IMG/VR virus record: IMGVR_UViG_3300044305_003112
Coordinates: 9,273 to 73,272 of that record
Length of the DNA: 64,000 nucleotides
Origin: a virus
Taxonomy: Duplodnaviria > Caudoviricetes
Strand: one strand, 5' to 3'
A program made the position numbers and the translations under genes. Below, piece by piece: positions 17,927 to 27,521 of the stretch. Each line of letters begins with the position of its first letter. The first letter of the stretch is position 1. The notes beneath the pieces were generated by a model. The model was not told the origin of the DNA. It searched no databases and saw nothing but the letters and a program-made list of their open reading frames with translations.

Positions 17927-19786
17927 ATGGCAGATAAAGGCTTATTTTCAAGATTAAGAAGATTATTCGGAACAGACGTATTAATTCGTAACGTAGGGGG
18001 TAATCAACTTAAGGTTATGGATGTCAATCAGATACAAATGTCTGGTGATCTAGAAACTAACTCATTAATAGATAGATTTAATAGAGTTTATACAAACTCT
18101 CCAAATTCATTATATGGTCAACAAACAAATTTTAACTATCAAACGTTAAGACCATATCTTTATTCAGAATATGACGCAATGGATACTGATGCTATAGTTG
18201 CATCAGCACTCGATATTTTAGCAGATGAATCTACATTAAAAAATGATATGGGAGAAGTTCTTCATATTAAAAGTTCAGATGAAAATATTCAAAAAATATT
18301 ATATAATTTATTTTATGATGTAATGAATATTGAATTTAATTTATGGCCTTGGATTAGAAATATGGCTAAATATGGAGATTTCTTTTTAAAATTAGAAATA
18401 GCAGAAAAGTTTGGGGTATATAATGTAATTCCTTATACGGCGTTTCATATTGAAAGACAAGAAGGTTGGAATCAAGAAAACCCACAAGAAATAAGATTTA
18501 GATATGATCCTGACGGTATAGCAACATCTGATTATGGTTATTTTAATGTTCCTAATTCTGGTGAACAAGCAAATAATATATTTTTTGATAATTATGAAAT
18601 GGCTCATTTTAGACTATTAACAGATATGAATTTTTTACCTTATGGAAGATCATATATAGAACCTGCTCGAAAATTATTTAAACAATATACTTTAATGGAA
18701 GATGCTATGTTAATTCATAGAGTTGTTAGAGCACCTGAAAAAAGAATATTTTACATGAATGTTGGTTCTATTCCTCCTAATGAAGTAGATGCATTTATGG
18801 AAAAAACCATAACAAAATTAAAGCGTACTCCTCATATGGACGAAAATACAGGTGAGTATAATCTAAAATATAACCTTCAAAACTTATTAGAAGATTTTTA
18901 TATACCAGTTAGGGGTAATGACACAGCTACAAAAATAGAAAATTTAGGAGGACTACAATTTGATGGAATTCAAGATGTAGAGTATATGAGAGAAAAATTA
19001 TTTGCAGCTTTAAAAGTTCCAAAAGCATTTATGGGTTATGATGCTAATTTAGAAGGTAAAGCAACTTTAGCTGCCCAAGATATTAGATTTGCAAGAACTA
19101 TAGAAAGAATCCAAAGAATATTTACATCAGAGTTATATAAAATAGCTTTAATTCATCTATACACTCAGGGCTATAGAGATGCGAGTTTAACTAATTTTGA
19201 AATATCGTTAACAACTCCATCAATAATATATGATCAAGAAAGAATAGCATTAATGACTGAAAAAATGACATTAGCTCAATCAATGATAGATAGTAAATTA
19301 ATTCCATCTGATTGGATTTATGAAAATATATTCCACTTTAGTGAGGATGAATATGAAGAATACAGAGATTTAATTAAAAATGATGTTAAGCGTACATTTA
19401 GATTAACACAGATAGAAGGAGAAGGAAATGACCCATTAGAAACAGGACAATCATATGGAACTCCACATGATTTAGCTGCATTATATGGTAAAGGAAGAAT
19501 GTACTCAGATCCATCTAATATACCAGCAGGTTATGATGAAGGTACAACTAAAAAAGTACCATTAGGTCGTCCTAAAAAACAATTAACAAAACGTAATAAA
19601 CAAGAAGATAATTTAGGAAAAGATAGATTAGGAGTAAAAAGAATGAAAGATGATAAAAGTGTTAATGAAACAACTGCTAATCAAATAATGAATAAGTATG
19701 AAAGTATGTTGAAAAACATTCCTTATAGCGAGAAAAAAATTATAACTGAAAAAAAAGTTAAAAAAAGTAAAAAAACTAAAAAATAA
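17927..19786 (+). CDS. gp20: portal protein (T4 gp20-like)
   Basis: LMEDAMLIHRVVRAPEKRIFYMNVG, EDFYIPVRG, KLFAALKVP, DIRFARTI. Confidence 0.96.
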   Translation: MADKGLFSRLRRLFGTDVLIRNVGGNQLKVMDVNQIQMSGDLETNSLIDRFNRVYTNSPNSLYGQQTNFNYQTLRPYLYSEYDAMDTDAIVASALDILADESTLKNDMGEVLHIKSSDENIQKILYNLFYDVMNIEFNLWPWIRNMAKYGDFFLKLEIAEKFGVYNVIPYTAFHIERQEGWNQENPQEIRFRYDPDGIATSDYGYFNVPNSGEQANNIFFDNYEMAHFRLLTDMNFLPYGRSYIEPARKLFKQYTLMEDAMLIHRVVRAPEKRIFYMNVGSIPPNEVDAFMEKTITKLKRTPHMDENTGEYNLKYNLQNLLEDFYIPVRGNDTATKIENLGGLQFDGIQDVEYMREKLFAALKVPKAFMGYDANLEGKATLAAQDIRFARTIERIQRIFTSELYKIALIHLYTQGYRDASLTNFEISLTTPSIIYDQERIALMTEKMTLAQSMIDSKLIPSDWIYENIFHFSEDEYEEYRDLIKNDVKRTFRLTQIEGEGNDPLETGQSYGTPHDLAALYGKGRMYSDPSNIPAGYDEGTTKKVPLGRPKKQLTKRNKQEDNLGKDRLGVKRMKDDKSVNETTANQIMNKYESMLKNIPYSEKKIITEKKVKKSKKTKK

Positions 19787-19811
19787 AATTAAAGGATGAA
19801 AAATCCTTATA

Positions 19812-19819
19812 TATTTATA
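19812..19819 (+). promoter_or_regulatory. putative late promoter motif TATTTATA
   Basis: in the gap before ATG 19837. Confidence 0.55.
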
Positions 19820-19836
19820 AAAAAATCATATAATTA

Positions 19837-20697
19837 ATGCGTGTAAAACATTCAAAGTTCAAAAATACAGGTCTTTTATTTGAGCTTTTAGTAAGAAAGA
19901 TTACGTCTGATACTTTAAATGGTAAAGATTCACCAGCAGTAAATATTTTAAAAAAATATTTTGTTAATACTGAATTAGGTAAAGAATATAAACTATATGA
20001 AACAGTATTTAAAAAATCCGTGGTTGTAACTGAAAGTAAAGCAAATATTGTATTAAATACAGTATTAGAAACATCAAGAAAATTAAATAGAAGTTCTTTA
20101 AAAAGAGAAAAATATAATATAATTAGAGAATTAAGGGAAAAATACAATATAGAGGATTTATTTAAGATGAATATAAGTAATTATAAACCTTTAGCAGCTC
20201 TATATACATTATTTGAAATTTACAACTCACAAGATATAACAGACCCAAATCAAATAGTAGATAATAAAGTAACTCTTTTAGAACATTTAACATCTAAAGA
20301 AGTTAACAAATCAGAAGTTAAACACGATATTATAGAAGAATTTAAATCATATGATAAAGATTTAAGAATTCTTACTTACAGAGTATTATTAGAAAAATTT
20401 AATGATAAATATTCTGACTTAAATAAGTCCCAAAAATCAATTTTAAGAGAATTTATTAATAATGTAGATAATACTAATAAATTAAAAGAATTTTATAATA
20501 ATAAAATAATTGAATTAAAAAGGAATATTTTATTAGAAACTAAAAAAGTAAAAGATAGAGCTACAAAAATAAAATTATTAGAAGTTAACAAATACATTGT
20601 TGAAATTGATAAAAGAAAAAAAATCAATAATAATAATTTAGTAGATTTATTACAATATTATAGTCTTTTTGAAGAATTACAAAAGTCAAATGGGTAA
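19837..20697 (+). CDS. helical hypothetical protein in the head module
   Basis: 286-aa ORF directly after the portal gene, with its own late motif. Confidence 0.85.
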   Translation: MRVKHSKFKNTGLLFELLVRKITSDTLNGKDSPAVNILKKYFVNTELGKEYKLYETVFKKSVVVTESKANIVLNTVLETSRKLNRSSLKREKYNIIRELREKYNIEDLFKMNISNYKPLAALYTLFEIYNSQDITDPNQIVDNKVTLLEHLTSKEVNKSEVKHDIIEEFKSYDKDLRILTYRVLLEKFNDKYSDLNKSQKSILREFINNVDNTNKLKEFYNNKIIELKRNILLETKKVKDRATKIKLLEVNKYIVEIDKRKKINNNNLVDLLQYYSLFEELQKSNG

Positions 20698-21970
20698 ATT
20701 TAAATTTAAATTAAAAGAAGCCGAACCAGGAGATGAAATAATTTTCATTGAACCTAGACCTGAAGCCGAAAGAGGTGTTGATGATGAACCTGGAGGTAAA
20801 ATAATTTATGTTGATGATGAAAGAGTTCCTAAAGAATTATTATTAAAAATCCAAGAAAAATATGGTCCAATTCCTAAAGGAAGTTATTTCACAGATAATT
20901 TTTCAATGTATTGGGAAAAATACGAACCAGATTATGGGGGTGAAGTAAATACAGGAACTAGATTAGTAACTAAACAATACAGATTACCTAATATTAATAA
21001 TGTATTTAAATCATTTGTAAAACTTAATAATGAAATTGAATGGTTAGAAAAAAATGAAGATATTAAAAAAGATGAGAGACTAACTGAAATTTTACAACAA
21101 ATAAGAAAAGCATTTAACGCTTATCGTACCCATATCAGGAAAGAATACCCAGAATTATATAAAGGTTTAAGGAATATAAGTGAAGATGAAATAGAAGAAA
21201 TTTCAACAACAGGAGGAGGTGCAGGGGCAGCTTCATTTACACCTGGTACCGGGGGACAATATGCAACCCCAAATGCTTTTAGAAAAAATAAAAAGGCAAA
21301 AGGTACTGATGATGATATATTAACTAAAAAATTTGGTTATAAGTTAGCAGAAAATAAAAAAGAAGAAGAAAAAGATTCTAAAGATAAAGAAACCAAAGAT
21401 TCTAAAGATTCCAAAGATAAAGAAGAAAAAAACGAAAAAAGAGAAAAACTTTTAAAACAAAAAGAAGAAATTGAAAAATTACTTAAAAAAGATCCAAAAG
21501 ATTTAGATGATAAAGAAATAAAAAGTTTTGATGACATGTATAAAGCAGCCCCATCATATGAAGAACTAGGACAGTTTTGGGAAAGTTTAAATGAAGGAGT
21601 AGGAGCTATATTAGGACCAGGCCCTAAAGCAGGTCCTGATGGGGTAAAAGATAATTACTATGTAAGTAATTTTAAATATAAATTAGTTCCAAAAAAAATT
21701 AAAGGATCTGGAATATATAATGATGGGAGTGTAAAGCAATTATGGGAGGATGAAGATAATGATTCCAAAAAAAACTTTCAAAAAACAAGAATAGACGCAT
21801 TTAATTCAATTGAGAAAGATCTTAACCATATTTATAAGGCGATATCGAATGCTAAAAATGAGACAATAAAACATTATAAAAATAATCCTGATTCATATAA
21901 AGTTTTAAAACCAACAGATTTAATTAGTGATTATTTAAAAGATATAAAAAATTTAATAGGACAAGAATGA
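20690..21970 (+). CDS. modular acidic/charged protein, probable capsid-internal protein
   Basis: MGKFKFKLKE leader (ATG 20690 preferred), KDSKD low-complexity tract, ISE/IEE/LAE/LNE/LWE boundaries. Confidence 0.75.
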   Translation: MGKFKFKLKEAEPGDEIIFIEPRPEAERGVDDEPGGKIIYVDDERVPKELLLKIQEKYGPIPKGSYFTDNFSMYWEKYEPDYGGEVNTGTRLVTKQYRLPNINNVFKSFVKLNNEIEWLEKNEDIKKDERLTEILQQIRKAFNAYRTHIRKEYPELYKGLRNISEDEIEEISTTGGGAGAASFTPGTGGQYATPNAFRKNKKAKGTDDDILTKKFGYKLAENKKEEEKDSKDKETKDSKDSKDKEEKNEKREKLLKQKEEIEKLLKKDPKDLDDKEIKSFDDMYKAAPSYEELGQFWESLNEGVGAILGPGPKAGPDGVKDNYYVSNFKYKLVPKKIKGSGIYNDGSVKQLWEDEDNDSKKNFQKTRIDAFNSIEKDLNHIYKAISNAKNETIKHYKNNPDSYKVLKPTDLISDYLKDIKNLIGQE

Positions 21971-22563
21971 AATCATTACAAGAACAATACAACCAAATAA
22001 AAAAAGGTAAAGGCCATAAAGATGTTTTTTTGAAAGAAGCAAAACGTCTTTTTCCTAATATGATAAGTAATCTAAATACTTTTGATCAAGCAACAACTAT
22101 TTTAAAACAACGTAATGTTATACAAGAAAACATTGCAGGATTAGGTATAGTAACTGATGCTAAATCAAATTCTCCTGATTGGCATAAAATTTTTGAAGAT
22201 AATCTTAATAAAAATAATTATGATTACACAGATCAAAAAGCAATAGATAATCAAAATTGGGCAGAAAGAGAAAAAGGTGTATATTTTGAAATGGAAAAAG
22301 TAAGAGATCTTATAACTGATCAAAATATAGGAGATTTATTAGCAAAAGCAAAAAACACAGTTACTAAAAATTTAGCAAAAGATCCCTTATATTACATAAA
22401 AAATGCAGCATTTTCAGTAGATAAATTAGGATATTCAGCTGATAGACCTGGATTAAAACCTACACAAATAAAAGGAAAACATGTTGGTAGTGGTTATGGT
22501 AATCCTTCAAAGTCAAAAATCAAACCAGGAGAACCTGGAACCGGATATACACCTGTTAAATAA
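21967..22563 (+). CDS. hypothetical head-module protein
   Basis: MKSLQEQY leader; coupled to neighbouring genes. Confidence 0.8.
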   Translation: MKSLQEQYNQIKKGKGHKDVFLKEAKRLFPNMISNLNTFDQATTILKQRNVIQENIAGLGIVTDAKSNSPDWHKIFEDNLNKNNYDYTDQKAIDNQNWAEREKGVYFEMEKVRDLITDQNIGDLLAKAKNTVTKNLAKDPLYYIKNAAFSVDKLGYSADRPGLKPTQIKGKHVGSGYGNPSKSKIKPGEPGTGYTPVK

Positions 22564-22566
22564 GAT

Positions 22567-23172
22567 ATGAAAAAAATTTTAATAGAAACATTACCATTTG
22601 TACCTTCTAAAATTTCATTAACAGAAGGTAAAAAATCAGAAAGAGGAAATCCTATAGTTGAGGGTATTTTAGCTACTTGTGAAGTTAAAAATGGAAATGG
22701 AAGATATTATTCAAAAGATCTTTGGCAAAGAGAAATGGATAAATATCAAGAAGTAATAAATGATAATAGAGCAGTAGGAGAATTAGATCATCCTGAATCA
22801 TCTGTTGTTAATTTAAAAAATGTTTCACATAACATTACTGATACTTGGTGGGATGGAGACAATGTAATGGGTAAAATAGAAATACTTCCTACTCCATCAG
22901 GTAATATTTTAAAATCACTTATTGATAGTGGTATAACAGTGGGTGTTTCTTCAAGAGGAATGGGTTCATTAAAACCAATGGGGGAAGTTCAAGAAGTACA
23001 AGATGATTTTGAATTATTATGTTGGGATTTTGTTTCAACTCCTTCAAACCCAGGTTCATATATGCAATTAGTAAAAGAAGGTCTTGATTTTTCTTCAAAA
23101 AACCAATATGAAAAATTAAATTCTATTATTTATGAAATCCTTTGCTCAAAAGGAAGTTGTCCAATTTCATAA
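22567..23172 (+). CDS. gp21: prohead protease (T4 gp21-like)
   Basis: NGNGRYY, AVGELDHPE, NVSH (catalytic His), GVSSRGMGS (catalytic Ser), WDFVSTPS. Confidence 0.96.
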   Translation: MKKILIETLPFVPSKISLTEGKKSERGNPIVEGILATCEVKNGNGRYYSKDLWQREMDKYQEVINDNRAVGELDHPESSVVNLKNVSHNITDTWWDGDNVMGKIEILPTPSGNILKSLIDSGITVGVSSRGMGSLKPMGEVQEVQDDFELLCWDFVSTPSNPGSYMQLVKEGLDFSSKNQYEKLNSIIYEILCSKGSCPIS

Positions 23173-23190
23173 TTTGTAATAATCCTCATA

Positions 23191-23198
23191 TACGTATA
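23191..23198 (+). promoter_or_regulatory. late-promoter variant TACGTATA ahead of the scaffold/capsid operon
   Basis: aligns with the TATTTATA/TATGTATA sites; followed by a 99-nt leader. Confidence 0.45.
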
Positions 23199-23297
23199 AT
23201 CGTAAATATGTTATTTTCTGATATAACATTAATTTAAGTATTAATTCCGATTACGTTTTCTAATAAGCGTACTTTCCAAACAAAAATTTTAGGAAAA

Positions 23298-24779
23298 ATG
23301 AATAGAGATTTTTTAAAAGAGGCTATTGCCGACGCTAAAGCTGTAAAGGAATCAGCTATCGCGAATGCTAAAGCTGCTTTGGAGGAATCATTTACACCAC
23401 ATCTGAAAAACATGTTATCTATGAAATTACAAGAAATGGATAAAGAAGATGATGTCAAAGAAATGATGTCAAAATCATATGAAGAAGATGATGTAAATGA
23501 AGCCAAAGAAGAAGAAGAAGCAAAAAAAGCTAAAAATGAAGCTAAAATGTCAAATCCAGTAATGAGAAAAGGTTTAAAGGGAGACGATCCTGCAGAACTT
23601 GAAACCGAAAAAGATCGTTTAAAAAAGGAAGACATGAATTTAGATGAAATTTTAGCAGAATTAGAATCTGACACAGTCAATGAAGACGCTAGAACAGATG
23701 CTGAAGAAGAAGGATACAAAGATGGTATCAAAGACGCTAAAGCAGATATTAAAAAAGCTGTCGACGATGTTAAATTACAAGAAGACGAACGTACAGACGC
23801 TGAAGAAGAGGGATATGAAGATGGGATGAAAGATGAAAAAGAAGACCTTGAAGGTGATGTAGGTGAGGAAGAAGTAATAGATATCGAAGATATGACTGAT
23901 GAAGATTTAAAAGGATTTATCGAAGACGTTATTGAAGACATGGTTACTGCTGGTGAATTAGAAGCTGGTGGTGATACTGTTGAAATGTCCGATGAAGAAG
24001 AAGAAGTTGACGTAGACGTAGATGTTGATGTTGATACTGAAGAAACAGAAGAAACAGAAACTGAAGTTGAAGTCACTGAAGAAATGAAAAGTAAAGAAGA
24101 AGTTAAAGAAATAGTTGGAGTAGCTGCTGGTTTTGCAGGTTTATTTGCTGCCGCAGGCGGTATGGCTGCACTACAAATGGCTATGGAAAACCCAGAAACT
24201 GCTGCTAAATATCCAAAAGTTTCGGCTTTATTGGATATATTAAGTGATGTAGGTGCAGAAGCATCTAAAGCAAAATTTTCAGAAGCAACAGGAGAAGAAG
24301 TAGCTTCCGAAGAACACTTAAGTGCAATTGAGGATAAGCTTGGCGGTATATTTGAAAACGCTAGAACAGATGCTGAAGAAGAAGGATACAAAGATGGTAT
24401 GAAAGACGCTAAAGCAGATATGAAAGAAGCTTATTCAACAATTAAAACATTAAAAAGTGAACTTAATGAAATTAACTTACTGAATGCTAAATTGTTGTAT
24501 ACCAATAAGATTTTTAAATCAAAAACATTAAATGAGAATCAAAAGGTTAAAGTATTAACTGCTTTTGACAAAGCTGAAACTGTAAAAGAAGCAAAATTAG
24601 TTTATGAAACTTTACAAGATGGATTAAAAGCTAAATTAAAAGCTAAAGGTTCAATCAAAGAAAGTAGAATAGGCAGAGCTTCAAAAACTCTTCATGCTCC
24701 TAAAAAAGCAAATAAAAAACCTATCGTTGAATCAAATCAAATGGTTGATAGATTTAAAAAACTAGCAGGAATAATTTAA
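23298..24779 (+). CDS. prohead scaffold/core protein (gp22-like), very acidic
   Basis: Lies between protease and MCP; coiled-coil ends, acidic repeats, C-terminal RFKKLAGII capsid-binding-type tail. Confidence 0.88.
   Translation: MNRDFLKEAIADAKAVKESAIANAKAALEESFTPHLKNMLSMKLQEMDKEDDVKEMMSKSYEEDDVNEAKEEEEAKKAKNEAKMSNPVMRKGLKGDDPAELETEKDRLKKEDMNLDEILAELESDTVNEDARTDAEEEGYKDGIKDAKADIKKAVDDVKLQEDERTDAEEEGYEDGMKDEKEDLEGDVGEEEVIDIEDMTDEDLKGFIEDVIEDMVTAGELEAGGDTVEMSDEEEEVDVDVDVDVDTEETEETETEVEVTEEMKSKEEVKEIVGVAAGFAGLFAAAGGMAALQMAMENPETAAKYPKVSALLDILSDVGAEASKAKFSEATGEEVASEEHLSAIEDKLGGIFENARTDAEEEGYKDGMKDAKADMKEAYSTIKTLKSELNEINLLNAKLLYTNKIFKSKTLNENQKVKVLTAFDKAETVKEAKLVYETLQDGLKAKLKAKGSIKESRIGRASKTLHAPKKANKKPIVESNQMVDRFKKLAGII
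23686..23749 (+). repeat. 64-bp direct repeat, copy 1, in the scaffold gene (ARTDAEEEGYKDGIKDAKAD)
   Basis: 63/64 nt identical to 24358-24421; a third, diverged copy lies near 23781-23835. Confidence 0.9.
24358..24421 (+). repeat. 64-bp direct repeat, copy 2, in the scaffold gene
   Basis: 63/64 nt identical to 23686-23749. Confidence 0.9.
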
Positions 24780-24812
24780 CAATAATTTTATAATTTTAAA
24801 AACCGATTAGAC

Positions 24813-26483
24813 ATGAGTCAATTAAATCAATTATTAGAAAGCGCTAATCCGTATAAATCACTACAAAGTGATGCGGCTAGATTAGCAAACAAGTGGGCTA
24901 AGACAGGCTTACTTGAAGGCTTGGATAATGAAACATCGAAAAATAATATGTCGATGTTATTAGAAAACCAAGCAAAACAATTGGTGACGGAAGCTTCTAA
25001 TACTGGAGGAGGATCAGGTGCTGGTACATTTACTGCTGGTACAGGTGCTCAATGGGCAGGTGTTGCTTTACCATTGGTAAGAAAAGTATTTGGACAAATC
25101 GCAGCGAAGGAATTCGTTTCGGTTCAACCAATGAACTTACCTTCTGGTCTAGTATTTTACCTAGACTTCCAGTATGGAACTAACCACTCACCATTTACAA
25201 GCGGAAATTCACTTTATGGTGATACTTCAGCAAACTTTGGAAATACTAACACAGGTGGTCTTTATGGAGCTGGTAGATTTAACTATTCTACAAACCAAAC
25301 AAGCTCTATACAAGTAGCAGCTGCAAGTGTATATTCAGCTTCATGGTCAGACTTAAATTTTGATGGACAGTATTCAGCTTCAGCTGTTGCTGATGAATTT
25401 GACATAGTTCAATTCCCAGTCGCTAATTTAACTAGCTATGATGAAGAAGCAGTTAGAGCATTCCAATTATTTTCACAATCAGGTGATGGTAATACAAATA
25501 TTACAGCTTACCCACAATTTACAAGAATTAGTGGTACTAACTTACTATTTGTTATAACATCATCTCATGCTACAACAGAAACAGGCGGAAACGCTACATT
25601 AGCTTGTAATGTTTCTTACTCTTTAGCACCAACTATGGCAGATATTGGTGATTTTGAAGAAGGTAACACTAATTTAAATGGTGATAATAATCCAATTACT
25701 ATCCCTCAAATTAATGTTCAGTTGAGAAGTGAAGCAATTGTTGCTAAAACTAAAAAGTTAAAAGCTGTTTGGACTCCTGAGTTCGCTCAAGATTTAAATG
25801 CTTACCATTCATTAGATGCAGAAGCTGAATTAACTTCTATTATGAGTGAGTATATTTCATTAGAAATAGACTTAGAAATTTTAGATATGTTGATTGAATC
25901 AGCAGCTGCTGGAACAGAAATATGGTCAGCTAAAAATAATAGAGCGATCACAGCAGGTGGTACAACAGATGCACAACATATATCAGCTAATGGTGTATTC
26001 TCTGATCTTGGATTCTATAATTCACAAGGACAATGGTTCCAAACTTTAGGAACTAAAATCCAAAAGTTGAGTAATATTATTCATCAGAAAACACTTAGAG
26101 GTGGTGCTAATTTCTTAGTATGTTCTCCATCAGTAGGTACAATCTTAGAATCAATTCCAGGATTTGCTGCTAATACAGATGGTGATGCTGCTAAAATGAA
26201 TTATGCATTTGGTGTGCAAAAAGTTGGACAATTAAATGGTAGATATCAAGTTTACAAGAACCCATATATGACTGAAAACCAAATTTTACTTGGATTCAGA
26301 GGTTCTCAATTCTTGGAAGCAGGTGCAGTATTCTCACCTTACGTACCATTAATTATGACTCCAATGGTGTACGATCCAAATACTTTCGTACCAAGAAAAG
26401 GTCTATTAACTCGTTATGCGAAGAAAATGCTAAGACCTGAATTCTACGGTATAATTAAAGTAGCTGATTTAGATACTATATAA
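24813..26483 (+). CDS. gp23: major capsid protein (T4 gp23-like)
   Basis: KWAKTGLLEGL, LLENQ, PLVRKVF, VSVQPMNLPSGLVFYLDF, KLKAVWTPEFAQDLNAYH, YVPL, GLLTRYA. Confidence 0.98.
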   Translation: MSQLNQLLESANPYKSLQSDAARLANKWAKTGLLEGLDNETSKNNMSMLLENQAKQLVTEASNTGGGSGAGTFTAGTGAQWAGVALPLVRKVFGQIAAKEFVSVQPMNLPSGLVFYLDFQYGTNHSPFTSGNSLYGDTSANFGNTNTGGLYGAGRFNYSTNQTSSIQVAAASVYSASWSDLNFDGQYSASAVADEFDIVQFPVANLTSYDEEAVRAFQLFSQSGDGNTNITAYPQFTRISGTNLLFVITSSHATTETGGNATLACNVSYSLAPTMADIGDFEEGNTNLNGDNNPITIPQINVQLRSEAIVAKTKKLKAVWTPEFAQDLNAYHSLDAEAELTSIMSEYISLEIDLEILDMLIESAAAGTEIWSAKNNRAITAGGTTDAQHISANGVFSDLGFYNSQGQWFQTLGTKIQKLSNIIHQKTLRGGANFLVCSPSVGTILESIPGFAANTDGDAAKMNYAFGVQKVGQLNGRYQVYKNPYMTENQILLGFRGSQFLEAGAVFSPYVPLIMTPMVYDPNTFVPRKGLLTRYAKKMLRPEFYGIIKVADLDTI

Positions 26484-26513
26484 TTTTTATTAATTAGTAT
26501 TTAGTCTTTTAAG

Positions 26514-26541
26514 AGCCCCGCAATAGCGGGGCTTTTTTTTT
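26514..26541 (+). terminator. rho-independent terminator after MCP
   Basis: AGCCCCGC-AATA-GCGGGGCT followed by a T run. Confidence 0.93.
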
Positions 26542-26573
26542 ACTTAACTTGTATATTTAGTAGGTAGTTAGTA

Positions 26574-26581
26574 TATGTATA
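26574..26581 (+). promoter_or_regulatory. late-promoter variant TATGTATA
   Basis: between the MCP terminator and ATG 26604. Confidence 0.5.
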
Positions 26582-26603
26582 AGCATAATATAAAAGTTAA
26601 AAT

Positions 26604-27521
26604 ATGAAAGAGACACCTTCTCAGTTGCCTTTTCCAAGTTTTGTTATGAATTTTCCGTTTTCGTTTTCCACAGAAAATCCAAATAACATATGGATGCAAG
26701 AAATGTCCTCTGAAGAATTAGAAGTAAACAGAGGAAAAGCTTACAAACAATTTATGGACTTATACAATTTTGTATCAGGTGCAGGATTTGTATGTAATTT
26801 ACCAAGCCATGGTAATAAATTTCAAGATTTAGTATATGTTGCTAATATGGGGATTTATCTACCACATATAAAAGATAGTAATAATATTATTATGTCTAAT
26901 TTTACTTCCCCTCCTAGACAGGGTGAAGAATTAGTAGGAAAACCATTTTTTGAATTAATGAATTATAATACTTATGATTGTCCTTATAAATTTGAAGGAG
27001 AAGCTGATTTAAAGTATTTATATGGTAATAATTTTATAGGAGGATATGGCATAAGATCAGAAAAAGAAGCTTTTGAATGGATGGAAGAAAAATTTAATAT
27101 GAATATTATTAAATTAGAAATGGTAGATGAATATCTTTATCATTTAGATTGTAATATTTTTCCATTAACAAAAGAAAAAACATTAGTATGCCCTGAATTT
27201 CACCTCCCAGAAGAAATTAAAGAAATAGAAAAATATACTGAAATAGTAGAAGTAAGTTCTAATGCGGTTTATAATGGAATTTGCAATTCAGCACGTGTAG
27301 GAAATATGATTTTATGTGCTTCAAATATATCTGAATTATCTATAAATGATGAAACATATGACGCTGAAAAACATAAAATACACGCGTTAGAAAAAATATG
27401 TTACAATGAAGGATTAGAACCTATTATATTTAATATATCAGAGTTTATGAAATCAGGTGCAATGTTATCTTGTATGATTATGCATTTGAATTATGTTGAT
27501 TATGAAAGAAGTTTATTATAA
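26604..27521 (+). CDS. amidinotransferase/pentein-superfamily hydrolase (ArgZ/DDAH-like)
   Basis: QDLVYVANMG, FEGEAD, YLYHLDCNIFPL, SEFMKSGAMLSC with the C-terminal catalytic Cys. Confidence 0.85.
   Translation: MKETPSQLPFPSFVMNFPFSFSTENPNNIWMQEMSSEELEVNRGKAYKQFMDLYNFVSGAGFVCNLPSHGNKFQDLVYVANMGIYLPHIKDSNNIIMSNFTSPPRQGEELVGKPFFELMNYNTYDCPYKFEGEADLKYLYGNNFIGGYGIRSEKEAFEWMEEKFNMNIIKLEMVDEYLYHLDCNIFPLTKEKTLVCPEFHLPEEIKEIEKYTEIVEVSSNAVYNGICNSARVGNMILCASNISELSINDETYDAEKHKIHALEKICYNEGLEPIIFNISEFMKSGAMLSCMIMHLNYVDYERSLL

Noticed and set aside
21355-21430. KDSKD and ETEE low-complexity repeats (also 9070-9120, 10370-10450) as a possible CRISPR array or ncRNA
   Set aside because: They are in-frame coding microsatellite-like tracts without constant repeat/spacer structure.
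23234-24391. 385-aa minus-strand ORF (S/F-rich)
   Set aside because: It is an antisense shadow of the Glu/Asp-rich scaffold gene (GAA repeats read as TCT/TTC). It has no plausible domain, and the whole region is + strand.
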